A DNA stretch of 64,000 bases. Origin: Bacteroides sp. CAG:443. Its GTDB lineage: Bacteria; Bacteroidota; Bacteroidia; Bacteroidales; Bacteroidaceae. Positions within the stretch are counted from its first letter, which is position 1. Every line of letters starts with the position of its first letter. The stretch spans positions 21,074 through 85,073 of the forward strand of contig FR887775.1 in assembly GCA_000432735.1 (NCBI GenBank), read 5' to 3'. The translations under genes and the position numbers were made by a program. The notes under the pieces are model-generated. The model searched no databases. It was not told where the DNA came from and saw only the letters and a program-made list of their open reading frames with translations. This document shows positions 50,202 to 62,000 of this stretch, one piece after another.

Positions 50202-52487
50202 TTACAAATGAAACATTACTGTTCCCATAAAATTAAAAGGAGCAGACGGAATGATACCTGGTCCCGGATAACCGGATGCCCTTCTTGTCATATAAATACT
50301 GTTGTTGATATTTTGGAATGATAATACCAAGTCTATATATTTATTTAATCGATAATCCAAATTCAGATCAACAACACAATATCCCGGTATGGCACCATAA
50401 ATACCATAGACTGCATCATTCGGATCCATTGGCTCATTAGCTGCATCCGTAAACTGAAAGGAAGTAAAACCGGCCTGCAAAGCCATAGAAATCCTTTTGT
50501 ATTGTGCAGTAAGTCCTCCCTTCAGATTATACAAAGGAACAAACTCCATCTTATTGCCTTCAATATTATAACCAGCTTTACTTTTTAAGTATCTGGAACC
50601 CGTAATCGCCCAGTTAGCAAAAATATTTATCTTTAAATCCGAGCAATTCAGCAGATCCGTCAAGTGCTGCAAGTCGTAATTACACATGCCTTCCACCCCG
50701 TAACTGATTCCGTTTCCAATATTATCCCTATATCTCTGATAAGTCCCCTTGACAGCCGGATTTTCTCTGAAAAATTCTCCTATCCGGTTCCCATAATATA
50801 AGAAAAACAGACTGACATCATAAGTCAGTAATGTACTGCCTCGTGAACGGATACCTACGTCCGAAGAAAATCCTGTTTCATCTTTCAAGTCTGGATTTAC
50901 CTCCAGTGCAGGAGATATGGTACGCATGTCATTGAATGTTATGGCGCGATAGTTTCGGGTAACATTTGCATACACCTCCGACTGAGTTGCTTTATACGAC
51001 AGTGCCATTCCAGCTAAGCATATCCGTCTGGAATTAGTCTTATTGTCTATCAGTATGTCTTCCGTCATAGGATAACCTTCCGTCGCATAATCAATACCGT
51101 AATAGCTTCTTTTCCCTCTGATACCTGTCTGGATGTATTCCATTCGTACACCAGGGACGATACTCCACTTTTCATTCAACCTCAAATTGACTTCAGAGAA
51201 AAGGGCAAAATTCAGATTAGGAAGTCTGTACGATGAACGATACGGAATCTTATTCTGCCGGAAATGACTTCCCGACAAAACAGGCTCCACCAACGTAAAG
51301 TCCGCATCAGTACCTGTTGTACCTGCTCCCTGATGACTCAGATTATTGGCTTGAAAATATTTAAACCCAACAGCCCATGAAGAAGGAACAGATGTCGTTC
51401 CCAAATTAAATCTTTTCAAAAATCCGATCTCTGCACTCCAGTTTCTGAAGGTTCCTTTTTGTAAATCTCTTTCTGTATTTCCCGGATCCGGAGTACCAAC
51501 CCGTTTGTCCCGATAGCCTAAAGCAAAACGATCGGCATACAATCCCGTCATTTTTACATCCAGATCAGCACGCAGTTCAGGCATATTTCGGTGATAGGAC
51601 AAAGAAATGATATTCCAGTCTATCAAAAACCAGTTTCGGCTTCTATTACTTTGTTTCGGATTCTCAAGAAACATCACATCTGTCAATCCCCCCGGCTGAT
51701 GTTCCAGATAATGATATTTCAACCAATCGATTCCCCAAAGATCATTTTCTCCTGACTGATATCTTAACTGTGCCAGCACGTTATAACTTTTATAATCGGA
51801 ATTTTCCCGATATCCATCTCCTCGTTTTAGAAGTGCAGACAGATAATAAGAGAATTTACCGATTGTTCCCGATATTCTGGAATAACTTCCCAAAAAGCCA
51901 TAGCTCCCAGCTGAAAAATGTTGCCGGATATCTATTTTTTTATCGGCTGGAGGAGTAGCTAACTTAAAATTAATCATTCCTCCGAACTGTGAACCATACT
52001 GCAAGGCAGAAGCCCCTCTCAGTACTTGTATCTCTTTTATATCATCGGCATTGGGGGTATAATAACTCTCCGGATAACCTAAGGGATCAGCGCTGATATC
52101 ATAACCGTTCTGCCGAATGTTAAAGTTAGCCGAACGATTCGGATTCAATCCTCGGGAGCCGATATTCAACTGTAAGCCTCCGTCGCTCCCTTCGTGAATC
52201 ACGATACCCGATACATTCCGAAACATCTGTCGGGTATTATTTGCTGCCTTGTTCAACAACATATTTTCCAAGAGAGAAACCGTACTCTTTTTCCCTGCAA
52301 AAATCATAGTACCTTCCACATCACGCATGAAACGAGGTTTAGCTGCCGTATTTTCCTTATTACTGTAAATATATACTTCATCCAGCACTATTTCCTTATT
52401 TTCCATACAACTGTCTGGGAGCAATTGCGCATAGACACCTGCCGGCAAAAATGTAAACAGACATATACTAAGATAAGTTTTCATCAC
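50202..52487 (-). CDS. TonB-dependent outer-membrane receptor (classical siderophore/haem-type, 761 aa).
   Basis: Signal peptide. Plug domain carrying IQVLRGASALQYGSQFGGMINFK. Large C-terminal beta-barrel. Confidence 0.8.
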   Translation of the reverse strand: MMKTYLSICLFTFLPAGVYAQLLPDSCMENKEIVLDEVYIYSNKENTAAKPRFMRDVEGTMIFAGKKSTVSLLENMLLNKAANNTRQMFRNVSGIVIHEGSDGGLQLNIGSRGLNPNRSANFNIRQNGYDISADPLGYPESYYTPNADDIKEIQVLRGASALQYGSQFGGMINFKLATPPADKKIDIRQHFSAGSYGFLGSYSRISGTIGKFSYYLSALLKRGDGYRENSDYKSYNVLAQLRYQSGENDLWGIDWLKYHYLEHQPGGLTDVMFLENPKQSNRSRNWFLIDWNIISLSYHRNMPELRADLDVKMTGLYADRFALGYRDKRVGTPDPGNTERDLQKGTFRNWSAEIGFLKRFNLGTTSVPSSWAVGFKYFQANNLSHQGAGTTGTDADFTLVEPVLSGSHFRQNKIPYRSSYRLPNLNFALFSEVNLRLNEKWSIVPGVRMEYIQTGIRGKRSYYGIDYATEGYPMTEDILIDNKTNSRRICLAGMALSYKATQSEVYANVTRNYRAITFNDMRTISPALEVNPDLKDETGFSSDVGIRSRGSTLLTYDVSLFFLYYGNRIGEFFRENPAVKGTYQRYRDNIGNGISYGVEGMCNYDLQHLTDLLNCSDLKINIFANWAITGSRYLKSKAGYNIEGNKMEFVPLYNLKGGLTAQYKRISMALQAGFTSFQFTDAANEPMDPNDAVYGIYGAIPGYCVVDLNLDYRLNKYIDLVLSFQNINNSIYMTRRASGYPGPGIIPSAPFNFMGTVMFHL

Positions 52488-53660
52488 TTAATCTCCCTCC
52501 TCTCCGTCGGTATACGTAACCGTCAGATTTAATTCAACAATAAGCTTGGCTTTTAACAAACCTACCACTTTCTGCAACTCTCCATAAATTTCTTTCAAAC
52601 GCTCCATTCCGTCAGGAGTATTTACCAATACGGCTATATCATCATGATTCAGATTTCCAGTTTCGCCTTCAAGCACATCCAAGGTTTTCCCAAACAGATT
52701 GATTAGTCCGTTGTCCCCTTTTCCTGAAACAGCCAACTGTTCCTCCATAAAACGTCTAAAACTATTTGCCGGCAATGGCATCGATTCATTATAAGGCACA
52801 CCATTATAAAAGTTCTTCAACGCCAAGATACTTCTGTGAAGAAGCTGAGTAGACAAACCTTTTCCGCAATAATAACCTTCTACCGCTTGAGGAGCCGGTT
52901 TTTTCTGTACGATAGCTGCTCCATATATACCAATCGGAATACCTACTTTTAGGGTACGTATATATACCTCATATTGCTTCATCAGTGTATTAATCAATAC
53001 ACAAAGACTTCCTCGTGCCGAAAAGTCATTGTTGGAAACAAAAGCATTTTCATTTTCAACATAATAGCTTTCAGCTGCTTTCGCATAATGATTGATGACT
53101 TCACACACCGTGCATATATATTGAATACAAGCAGCATCCATTGGTATCTCTCCGCTATACAGCATATAATCCAATGCTGCAAACCCTGTGGCATTAGGCT
53201 GATTTAATCCTTCTTCCAGTTCTTGAATGATCTCACTGGAGGAAAATCGGCTGTTTTCAATAGCCGATTTAACCAACGTCTTATTTACTTGTGATGTCCC
53301 AGCCAGTTCATATACCCCGCTTACGCCACTATGGAAAATTGCATGATCAAAAATAATGACATCCTGAAGGCTTAGGAACGCTTCCTTGTATAACTCTTTC
53401 AGATGCCCTATAGCAGCCTCCCGTTCCGCACCCTCTTCTGTATCTTTCAGAGCATAGGCAGCCTGAAGCATTTCTTTTGTTTTCAGTTGATAGTTTGAGA
53501 ACGCCGGAATAATCTGTCTTTTATACCAGAAAGACAAGTAAGTAGCATCAATGGTCCTCTTTTCCGAAACACCTTTTATCGGAGTATATACACATCCCGC
53601 CAGTATCAGCAACGCCCCGACAGAAATACATAATATCTGCTTATAAAATCTGTTATTCAT
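52488..53660 (-). CDS. Lipoprotein, possibly imelysin-like (iron-regulated protein A-like helical periplasmic protein).
   Basis: Lipoprotein signal (LILAGCVYTP). About 390 aa. The call rests on its position between a DUF4856-like gene and a TonB-dependent receptor. No HxxE motif is seen, so the family call is weak. Confidence 0.35.
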   Translation of the reverse strand: MNNRFYKQILCISVGALLILAGCVYTPIKGVSEKRTIDATYLSFWYKRQIIPAFSNYQLKTKEMLQAAYALKDTEEGAEREAAIGHLKELYKEAFLSLQDVIIFDHAIFHSGVSGVYELAGTSQVNKTLVKSAIENSRFSSSEIIQELEEGLNQPNATGFAALDYMLYSGEIPMDAACIQYICTVCEVINHYAKAAESYYVENENAFVSNNDFSARGSLCVLINTLMKQYEVYIRTLKVGIPIGIYGAAIVQKKPAPQAVEGYYCGKGLSTQLLHRSILALKNFYNGVPYNESMPLPANSFRRFMEEQLAVSGKGDNGLINLFGKTLDVLEGETGNLNHDDIAVLVNTPDGMERLKEIYGELQKVVGLLKAKLIVELNLTVTYTDGEEGD

Positions 53661-54793
53661 AAATTATAATATGCCTTAAGTTTCTTGTTTACATCAATAA
53701 TAGATCCAGTCTGATTCCCTTCTATTCGTTCTTTGTCCCAAATACCTTTTTCTCCATAAGTCAATTCGTCATATAATTCTTTTGCCTGATCCATAGTCAT
53801 GAAATACTCTCCCTTTTCATTCTTTACGAAAGGCAAAGCGAGTATGAATCCCAATGCCTCACCCATATTATGGAAATACTGTTCATTCAACTCCTTTCCA
53901 CTTTTCTGACGTAAGATTTTGGAACTTTCATTCAAATAATACATCGTACGGAGTACCAACATTTTGGAAAGCAATTTCCGAATTTCCGCTACCTGCTTTT
54001 TCATTTCTTCAGGATGACTGTCTACGACGGCCTTTCTCCCAGCCCGAAATGCATGATAGACTGCTACATTTATATTCTCCAAACCTTTCATACCCACCGA
54101 CTCTTTTTCAATATAATTGGCAAGAAACAATGGAGAAATACGGTCCGGATCTGCATTTATACTACCAATATATCCCCAAGCAATATCCCAGTAATATTCC
54201 ATTTCCGTACAGTTTTTACCCTTCACAACAGTCTGATTGTCGGCCGTAAGAGATTTCATCAGGAAATAATCGATATTCGACACTTGCAAAGCCCCTATCA
54301 TCATTTTCTGGATCACCTGCCCTAGCTCTACTCCCTTTTCGTTGACTAAACGCTGTTCATCATTGCTTACTTGAACAATACCTATTTTACCTTCACGAGC
54401 AAAGGTACCTGCAAAAGCACTTTTGGAAGCCTCTGTTATTTCATCAAGAAAATTTTCCAAGATATTCCGAACCTTTTCCTGCTCCTTAAAACCAACAGCA
54501 ATATGGGAAGCCAGTTCATTCCGATAATCCCTCCTCTTTCCTTCAAGATTTGTCAGGACCTTGGCATTAATTCCATTGTTGAAATTTCTAAAATCAAGAA
54601 GGACCTTTTTGGACTCCCCTATATCTACACTGGATATACCATTTCTGAAAAACCTGTAGTCGGTACTATAAGTATCAGAAGAAATTATCCCATCAGAAGC
54701 CTTGTCCTCTCTTTTTATTTCCTGTTTACTACAACTTGAGCCACCCAAAAGTACACAAGCAGCCCACGCCAATCCGATAAATTTTCCTTTCAT
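53657..54793 (-). CDS. Lipoprotein, possibly DUF4856-like.
   Basis: Lipoprotein signal (LLGGSSCSKQ). 378 aa. EMEYYWDIAWGYIG segment. It overlaps the next gene by 4 bp. Confidence 0.4.
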   Translation of the reverse strand: MKGKFIGLAWAACVLLGGSSCSKQEIKREDKASDGIISSDTYSTDYRFFRNGISSVDIGESKKVLLDFRNFNNGINAKVLTNLEGKRRDYRNELASHIAVGFKEQEKVRNILENFLDEITEASKSAFAGTFAREGKIGIVQVSNDEQRLVNEKGVELGQVIQKMMIGALQVSNIDYFLMKSLTADNQTVVKGKNCTEMEYYWDIAWGYIGSINADPDRISPLFLANYIEKESVGMKGLENINVAVYHAFRAGRKAVVDSHPEEMKKQVAEIRKLLSKMLVLRTMYYLNESSKILRQKSGKELNEQYFHNMGEALGFILALPFVKNEKGEYFMTMDQAKELYDELTYGEKGIWDKERIEGNQTGSIIDVNKKLKAYYNL

Positions 54794-54833
54794 TGTTAGT
54801 CTATTTTAGTTTTTGTATGATTTATATTTCTCC

Positions 54834-55508
54834 TTATGGAAGATACATCGCTTGAGAATATACATTATAATTTTTTCCTATTTCAGAAATATGAAACGAC
54901 TCCAAGGTTCTGCTGTAACGATGACTTAAGTCAGGAAGACTTTCCATGCCGTCCTGCGTTTCGGTACTCATGGTCACACTCATGTCGAAATGGGCATAAG
55001 GACTATAAAATACAGCAAAATAAACGGGATCGCCAGATTGTTTTGTAATTGACACAGGCTCTACATCCGAGAAATAAGGCTTAAAACGATTCCTTTTATC
55101 TCTTTCTATGACATTATGACCATCCATTATCGTATCAATTTTCAGTTCATTATTCTCATCTAAATATTGTAAAATTACCACCGAAAGATTCTGTTTATCA
55201 AAGCTTCCATAATAATTGGCCATTACGTCTATAGATAGCGAAACCTGATATTTTTCACGATAGCCTCCCAAGGGTATTTCTTCACTACGATTGAATCCAA
55301 GCTCCCCCACCTCTTTAGGAAAACAATTAAAAGGAACTCCGGGCTCATGAGGTACCTGTTCCGCTGGTTTAAGTTCTATGAATTTTGAGAAATCTTCTGT
55401 CAGACTTTCCGTATTTTCTCTGGAACAAGAAGCCGAAAGTACAGACATATATACAGCATAAGCTATCATATAAAACACATGTCTATTCATAATATCTATT
55501 TTTGACAA
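54834..55508 (-). CDS. Small lipoprotein (HmuY-sized, 200-224 aa) of unknown function.
   Basis: Signal and lipobox (SVLSASCSRE), probably from the internal Met MNRHVFYM.... It directly abuts the upstream gene. Confidence 0.45.
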   Translation of the reverse strand: MSKIDIMNRHVFYMIAYAVYMSVLSASCSRENTESLTEDFSKFIELKPAEQVPHEPGVPFNCFPKEVGELGFNRSEEIPLGGYREKYQVSLSIDVMANYYGSFDKQNLSVVILQYLDENNELKIDTIMDGHNVIERDKRNRFKPYFSDVEPVSITKQSGDPVYFAVFYSPYAHFDMSVTMSTETQDGMESLPDLSHRYSRTLESFHISEIGKNYNVYSQAMYLP

Positions 55509-56639
55509 TTAGTGATTTTTTTCAACAAAAGTGATGTAGGCGGTATATATCCCGCTCGTACTCTTCCACTCCTTCTTATCCGTTGAGCGGACAAACTCTG
55601 TAAAGATTACATCTTCATTAAACTTAAATCCCGGACGAAATTCAATGCCAGATTCTGTAGCAATATATCCGGACCCCAATCCGGTATAATAAGTACTTCC
55701 ATCATATCCATGAACAGTCCGGTTAGGTTGTTCGTTCTTCAAGAATAATTCATATTGCATCCGGTCATATCGAGCTACTTTCCGATGCGATTGCAAGTCT
55801 TTGGAAAATGAAGAAGACAATCTGTATTGCATCATCTGCTGCCCGAAATCGAAAGTTGTTTCATACGCTACCTGTTGCGTTGCAGTTAATACAATTCTTA
55901 AAATGCAGTTTCTGTCTTCCTTCAGATTCTGCCTCAAATCCTTGAAAGAACGTGTTCTGAACACTTCTTTTTCATTGATTATTTTTTTCATCCGATCTTT
56001 CCAATGTTCTTCCGGTATATCCAATGGAGTCAGTTCTATGAATTCTTTGTCCGTTTCATTGTAGTTCATTGTCGTCAGTACGATACGCTGGGGTGAAACA
56101 ACGACTGGCAAAAACTTATTAGTTGCATTTACCTGATAAGGATACAATTCTTCCAGCATCGTATTCGTACGGAAAAACAACGTTAAGCCATCAGAAATAG
56201 TAATACCATACTGAGCCTGACTAATCTCCGTCTGATACACCGGAGTATAATGACTTTTTACATCCGTAGGTGCATAAGCGATATCTGTTAGGACATCCAT
56301 CTCTCCTCCTTCCTTGAATTTCAGAAAGAGATTATAACCACCAACCCCCATTCGACGTTGCAGATATACATCTGTAAGAGAATAAACTTCAGTCTTATAA
56401 TTTTCAGTGATATCCGTATTCAAGCGAGTATTGATACTAGGGAAATAGGTCATCTTCCATCCATTGGGTGCACCACAAAGAACAGTCTTCAGTTCATCAA
56501 TAGCCTTATTTTCTCTGCTTGTTACCGAGAGTCCATCCCAATCGGCTTCTTTTCTACACGCCGTAAACAAAACCAGTGACACAACTGTCAGTATAAATTT
56601 ATATTTTATCATTATCAAAAATAAGTTAAGGTTCAACAA
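55509..56639 (-). CDS. Lipoprotein of unknown function (SusD-downstream accessory, DUF4302/DUF4843-class by position).
   Basis: Lipobox (VVSLVLFTACRKE) from an internal Met. About 365 aa. It overlaps the upstream gene by 14 bp. Confidence 0.45.
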   Translation of the reverse strand: MLNLNLFLIMIKYKFILTVVSLVLFTACRKEADWDGLSVTSRENKAIDELKTVLCGAPNGWKMTYFPSINTRLNTDITENYKTEVYSLTDVYLQRRMGVGGYNLFLKFKEGGEMDVLTDIAYAPTDVKSHYTPVYQTEISQAQYGITISDGLTLFFRTNTMLEELYPYQVNATNKFLPVVVSPQRIVLTTMNYNETDKEFIELTPLDIPEEHWKDRMKKIINEKEVFRTRSFKDLRQNLKEDRNCILRIVLTATQQVAYETTFDFGQQMMQYRLSSSFSKDLQSHRKVARYDRMQYELFLKNEQPNRTVHGYDGSTYYTGLGSGYIATESGIEFRPGFKFNEDVIFTEFVRSTDKKEWKSTSGIYTAYITFVEKNH

Positions 56640-57555
56640 GATTATCCGAAGTACCCTTCATGCATTTCTCTGGATACTGCAATATCATGCGAGGTAATAC
56701 ACGCGACAAATCCGACAAACGCTTTATTCCGAAATTCTCCAACAAATATTTATCAATGAAAGCTACCTTCTTCTGAAGAACCAGCTTATAGGGAGGAGGC
56801 GTTTCATATTCGTCAATCTTCATAAGCCCATTTACATTCTTGGGCAACTGGCAGAGCAACAAGCTCATCGTTTCCGCGAAATCTACAACAGGTCCCGATT
56901 GTGCAGCCTTCGTAAAATACCCGAAAGATGCCATCAAGTCGGAGCGATCCGAATATTCTCCCTGCAATTCATTTTCCGTCCACTTGTTGTATTTCACGAT
57001 ATTATATTCGGAAAACTCCCGAAGATCAACTGGCCGCAATTCCAGCATATTTTTGGTAAAACAAAAGGTCGCTTCCCGCATCAAACGATATACAGCTTCC
57101 GAGCGAGAACAGTCAAAAACATTTACATTGTACAAAGGCATAATTTGCGTTCCCAATCCAGGCGTATCCATATCCTCCACCAGTCTGTCATCGAAGTTTG
57201 GAGCACCATAAAGGCGTATTTCTTTCGGATGATAACGCCGGACAAAATCCCTTCCGAAAAGTTTTTCCAAGTAGTCTATCCACAGTTCTTTATATGCTTT
57301 CATTACAGGCTTTACACGAGATAGCTCTACGGAGCGATTATTCAAAGCTATCGGATCCTTAAAAGGCATTTGCCTGTATACAACCTTGATATTATAAGGT
57401 ATTTCAAACTCAGCAGCAAGCCATTTATCCAGTTCGGATACTTGTGCTTCGGGATACCCATCATTATCCCGAATATCATTGAGTTCTTTCTTGCATCCAC
57501 CTAACATCATTAAGCTTGAAAGCAAGATAAAAGTATAGTATATGAATCTAGTCAT
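56626..57555 (-). CDS. Lipoprotein of unknown function (SusD-downstream accessory).
   Basis: MTRFIYYTFILLSSLMMLGGCKKE lipobox. 309 aa. It overlaps SusD-like by 8 bp. No HExxH motif is present. Confidence 0.45.
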   Translation of the reverse strand: MTRFIYYTFILLSSLMMLGGCKKELNDIRDNDGYPEAQVSELDKWLAAEFEIPYNIKVVYRQMPFKDPIALNNRSVELSRVKPVMKAYKELWIDYLEKLFGRDFVRRYHPKEIRLYGAPNFDDRLVEDMDTPGLGTQIMPLYNVNVFDCSRSEAVYRLMREATFCFTKNMLELRPVDLREFSEYNIVKYNKWTENELQGEYSDRSDLMASFGYFTKAAQSGPVVDFAETMSLLLCQLPKNVNGLMKIDEYETPPPYKLVLQKKVAFIDKYLLENFGIKRLSDLSRVLPRMILQYPEKCMKGTSDNLVEP

Positions 57556-59065
57556 TGTAATTTATTTTTTCAATATAATTAATAGCCTCACTAGGAAACG
57601 GCAAATACTTTCTAGAATCTTCAGGCTTTAAAACCCAATTCACATTGCGGACATCTCCCGTCTGATTCCGATCCACACTCATATTAAAACGTCGCAAATC
57701 AAACCATCTCAATCCTTCGTGCATGAACTGCTGCCTGCTCATTTCCGATATCACAAACAGCAATGAAGCCTGACTGGCCGACAGAGGCCGATAATACGGC
57801 TGTATCCTATCCCGATCGGATGTCGGGATGAAATCCAATTCTTCCCTTTCCGGAGCTTCTCCCACACCCTTCGCCGTCACATGTTTTGCCAGGAAAAACG
57901 TTACGATATCATTCAGTGCCAGCTCTTTGTTCTCAAGCATGGCATAGGCTTCTGCCCGGTGCAGCAGCACTTCCTCTGTTGTAAACAATACATTCATACA
58001 GAAATGCCCTCTCTTGCTGTTCAATAAACCTTCCGCATTGTTGAAATGAAAAAATTTAGGGAAATACACACTGTTTGAACCTGTATGTTTCGCCATTTTA
58101 TTATATCCGGCAATCTGATACAATGTTTTCGCCCCACTTCTTCCGACAACCCTCTGAAAAGTCGGCTCATCCAGTCCAAATCTGCCATCTACATAGTACT
58201 TATACCATAAAGACTCAGTAACTGTAAGCAATAAATTACTTGGATTCTGCTCCGAAGCATAATAAGCAGTTCTTTCATCTGTCTGCAAATCACTGATATC
58301 CAAAAATGCAGTTATTGCCTTTTCCGGCTGCTGACCAAGTACATAGGCACTATAATCTATCACCTCCTGCCATTGTCCCGTATAACTGAAAAATCTTACA
58401 GCAAAGGCATAAGCAGCTTTCTTGTTGAAATGATATTTTACCTGATCGTAAAAATCATCTCTTACCCAGGCAAGTCCCAATCTCAGATCACGTTCTATTT
58501 TACGATACGTATCCGCCAGATTATCCATCTTGTATTTTACCAACGCGTTCTTTTCTGGAGATTCTACATACACAATTCCAGGAAGATTTTTCGAATCCTC
58601 CTCTCCCTGATAAGGCGGTGCCCAGATATTGGCAATCATAAAATGCAAATACGCTCTGACCAGCAAAGCTTCAGCATATAAAGCCTGAATCTGAGGATCA
58701 TGCTTGTCGGAGAATCCTGCCAATGCCTCCAATGCCTGATTAGCTTGCGCAATTCCTCTATAGCACTCCATCCAGTAGGCTTTCGGCGAATCCGGTTCCT
58801 CTTCATCGTAATCTTTCCAATAAAACATTGACTCATCCAGTCTGGACGCTTCCAGAGAATTTCTTTTATCACCCACATTGTCCGTCCTCATCTCCAAAAA
58901 ACGGAAATAACTACTCTTCGGATAAGCACCAGTCAACAACTCCTTTATCTTCTCCTTCGAATCAATACGCACATCCGCATTAGAATCGGGAAACTTATCT
59001 AAAAACTGACAAGAACTCAGTGATATAAGAATCGGAAGTAAATAAATTTTTAAGGATAATTTCAT
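57548..59065 (-). CDS. SusD/RagB-family outer-membrane lipoprotein.
   Basis: Lipobox (LISLSSCQF). TPR-like length of 505 aa. The C-terminal SusD signature is HEGLRWFDLRRF. It lies directly downstream of SusC-like. Confidence 0.8.
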   Translation of the reverse strand: MKLSLKIYLLPILISLSSCQFLDKFPDSNADVRIDSKEKIKELLTGAYPKSSYFRFLEMRTDNVGDKRNSLEASRLDESMFYWKDYDEEEPDSPKAYWMECYRGIAQANQALEALAGFSDKHDPQIQALYAEALLVRAYLHFMIANIWAPPYQGEEDSKNLPGIVYVESPEKNALVKYKMDNLADTYRKIERDLRLGLAWVRDDFYDQVKYHFNKKAAYAFAVRFFSYTGQWQEVIDYSAYVLGQQPEKAITAFLDISDLQTDERTAYYASEQNPSNLLLTVTESLWYKYYVDGRFGLDEPTFQRVVGRSGAKTLYQIAGYNKMAKHTGSNSVYFPKFFHFNNAEGLLNSKRGHFCMNVLFTTEEVLLHRAEAYAMLENKELALNDIVTFFLAKHVTAKGVGEAPEREELDFIPTSDRDRIQPYYRPLSASQASLLFVISEMSRQQFMHEGLRWFDLRRFNMSVDRNQTGDVRNVNWVLKPEDSRKYLPFPSEAINYIEKINYND

Positions 59066-59075
59066 AATACATAAT

Positions 59076-62000
59076 TTAAAAAGTCGTATTGATAGATAAG
59101 CTGTAGGTACGCTGTATCGGAGCTGCTACTCCTCCGGAACTCACAAATTCAGGATCCCTTCCGTTCAGTTTCTTGTCCGAATAAATCAAGAAAGGATTTT
59201 GCAGCTGCAAATTGACAGAAGCAGATTTTAGTTTCAAGCGTTCACAAGCCTTAGTCGGAATCCGATAAGTCAGAGAAATACTTTTCATACGGATAAAACT
59301 ACCATCTACCACATTGACATTCGAGAAATTATATGCATTGTAAGCCCGCTCGATATTCTGACGCCCTATCAATGTTATCAAGTCAGTACCCGGAATTACC
59401 GGAACATCCGTACGTGATTCATCCCCTTTCGACAGCCATCTTTTACGATAACGGGTAGTAAACACATTCAAATCTCCATATTCAGCGTCGAAGGTAGGAG
59501 CCAGTCGCAATTTATTACCAATTTGACCAGACAGGAAGACTGAAAGTTCCCAATTCTTGAACTGAAACACATTCGACAATCCCGTGGTAATATACGGATC
59601 GACAGGTCCGTTATACACCAGATAAGACTGATTGTACCGGGTATCATAAAAATTAGCCCCCGAAACCCGGGACAAAGCATTATCCTCCAACGGTAAGTTT
59701 CCCCAGTTAAATGTAGGCAGTCCCCGTTCATTCAACCCGGCAAATTCGAACGAGTACAAAGCCCCTCTCGGGAAACCTTCCAGATTTCCCCTTCCGGTTC
59801 CTGCCACAAGATCGAATGTAGACGGCGTATTGATGAGCCTCGTTATCCGCTGGTTATAGTAAGAAAAATTAAAGATTGTAGTCCACTGAAACGTCTTAGT
59901 CTGAACATTCATGGTTTGCAGACTCAGGTCAAATCCGGTTGTTTTCATATCCCCGAAATTAGCCCACTTCTGATATTCTCCACCAATCCCCGGAGTACGA
60001 ATCAAGTCAATCAGGTCGAAAGAATTGCGACGATATACATCCAGACTTCCAGAAATACGGTCATTCCACAAGCCCACGTCCAGTCCCACATTAAACTCAT
60101 ACATCTTTTCCCATGTCAAATCCCTGTTTTCCAGATGCCGTAAATAGATAGCATATTCTCTGCTATGTACATCGGGACGGAAAGTTACCTTGCTGTCAAA
60201 TACACTGACAGAGTTGATAGCATGCGGATTCATTTTCGCCACCAATCCATAACTCATCCTCACAGCCAGCTTATTCCATACATTCTTTGCCGGTTGGAAA
60301 AAATTTTCCTCACTGATATTCCATCGTCCTCCCACATTCCAAGTAGGCAACCATCTCACCCGGTCACTCGTTCCCGAAAGATTGGAGCCCTCATAATTGC
60401 CAACCACATTCGCCACATAGCGGTTCTTATAGCTATAAGTCAACGAACCAGAAAAGACAATTCCCCTGTCGTACGTATGCTGCACACCAAAGTAGTCATC
60501 CCCCTCGGCTATCGTCTTTTTGAATATATCCGGACTGGTCGCAATACCATTTGCTTTATCAAATGTAATTCCGTAACCCTTGAAACGATCCATATCGCTA
60601 TCTGACATTTTTACCTCAGCAAATGAAAAGATCTTCAGCCGATGCTCTCCCAAACTATAACTATAATCCCCCGAAATACGAGCTATATAACTTTGCAGCG
60701 AACGAGTAGTCTTATCAAATATTCCACCCATCGGAATAGCCACCTGTGCCGCCGACGACTGACCATCCCGATACAAATAAATATTATCCCTACGGAACAC
60801 CTCATTTCCATTGGCACGATAAGCACCTATTACATTCGACCGCTCACCGATGCTATGCATCATGTGTGTCACCGCATGCCTTACATTCAGCAGAGCCGAT
60901 AAATGCAGATCGTTTACCGGAGTCCAGTTCCCTTGTAAAAACAAACGGAACTCATTCATTTTTATTCTCATCTTATTTTGCTGATATTCCTCCATGATAT
61001 TGAAAGGTGCCCAGTCATTACGATAATACTCATATCGACCACTATCATCATACGGCCTCAATGTACGGGAAGTGTTCAGCGCATAAGAAAAAGGATTAAT
61101 ATCGAAGTCACGTTTATAAGCTCCCGCTTCCAGATTTTTGATTCTCGGGAAAGTTCCCGGCGCATACTGATCTCTGAAATTAGCCTGAATACCGATAACA
61201 GTTTTCACCTTGTCCGAAAGGAATAGAGTGTTTTTCAAATTAACGGTCACTCTTTTAGTCCGGTCGGCAACTGTTTCTCCCGGATCATTATAAAAACTCA
61301 GAGAAGCGTATGTAGTACTTTTCTCTCCTCCATAAGACAATGAAAAAGAATGATTCTGCATCAGCGCATCCTTATAAATCAAATCGAACCAGTCAGTATT
61401 ATACCCTGCGGCTTGTCTTAAAAAAATATCTTTTGCTGCATCCGTATTTGCCAGTTCAACCCCATTTCCATTATAATTCGTAATACGCTCAAACATCTGT
61501 GTATACACTCCTCCTCTACGTGCATACAAAGCATCATTCATCGTAAAATATCCTTTGTTGGCCATTTCCCGATAGACCTTCATCGTTTCCCGGGAATCCA
61601 TCATATCGAATTGTCCATAATCAGGTTTAAATCTTTTCGACAACGTCAAATTATACGAAAGATTCAAACCTTTTCCTCTTTCTCCCGATTTAGTCGTTAC
61701 AATAATGACACCATTCATTCCTCTGGCTCCATACAGCGAAGTAGCCGACGCATCCTTCAGAACTTCAATGCTTTCAATATCAGCCGGATTCAATCCTGCT
61801 ATATTGGAACTGATTAACGTAATGGCATCACCCGACAGTAATTGTTCACTGTCGAGCGGTGCAAAATCTTCCAATATTGCTCCATCTACCACCCATAAGG
61901 GCTGCACATTACCATTGATAGAACCTCCTCCCCGAATATTCATTTTAGGCGCCACACCAAAAGTACTCGAAACAGAAGAGATATTCAGTCCCGGAGCCCT

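Noticed and set aside
52488-53660. A confident imelysin (peptidase M75) call
   Set aside because: No GxHxxE-type motif is visible. The call is kept only as imelysin-like by size, lipoprotein nature and neighbourhood, with low confidence.
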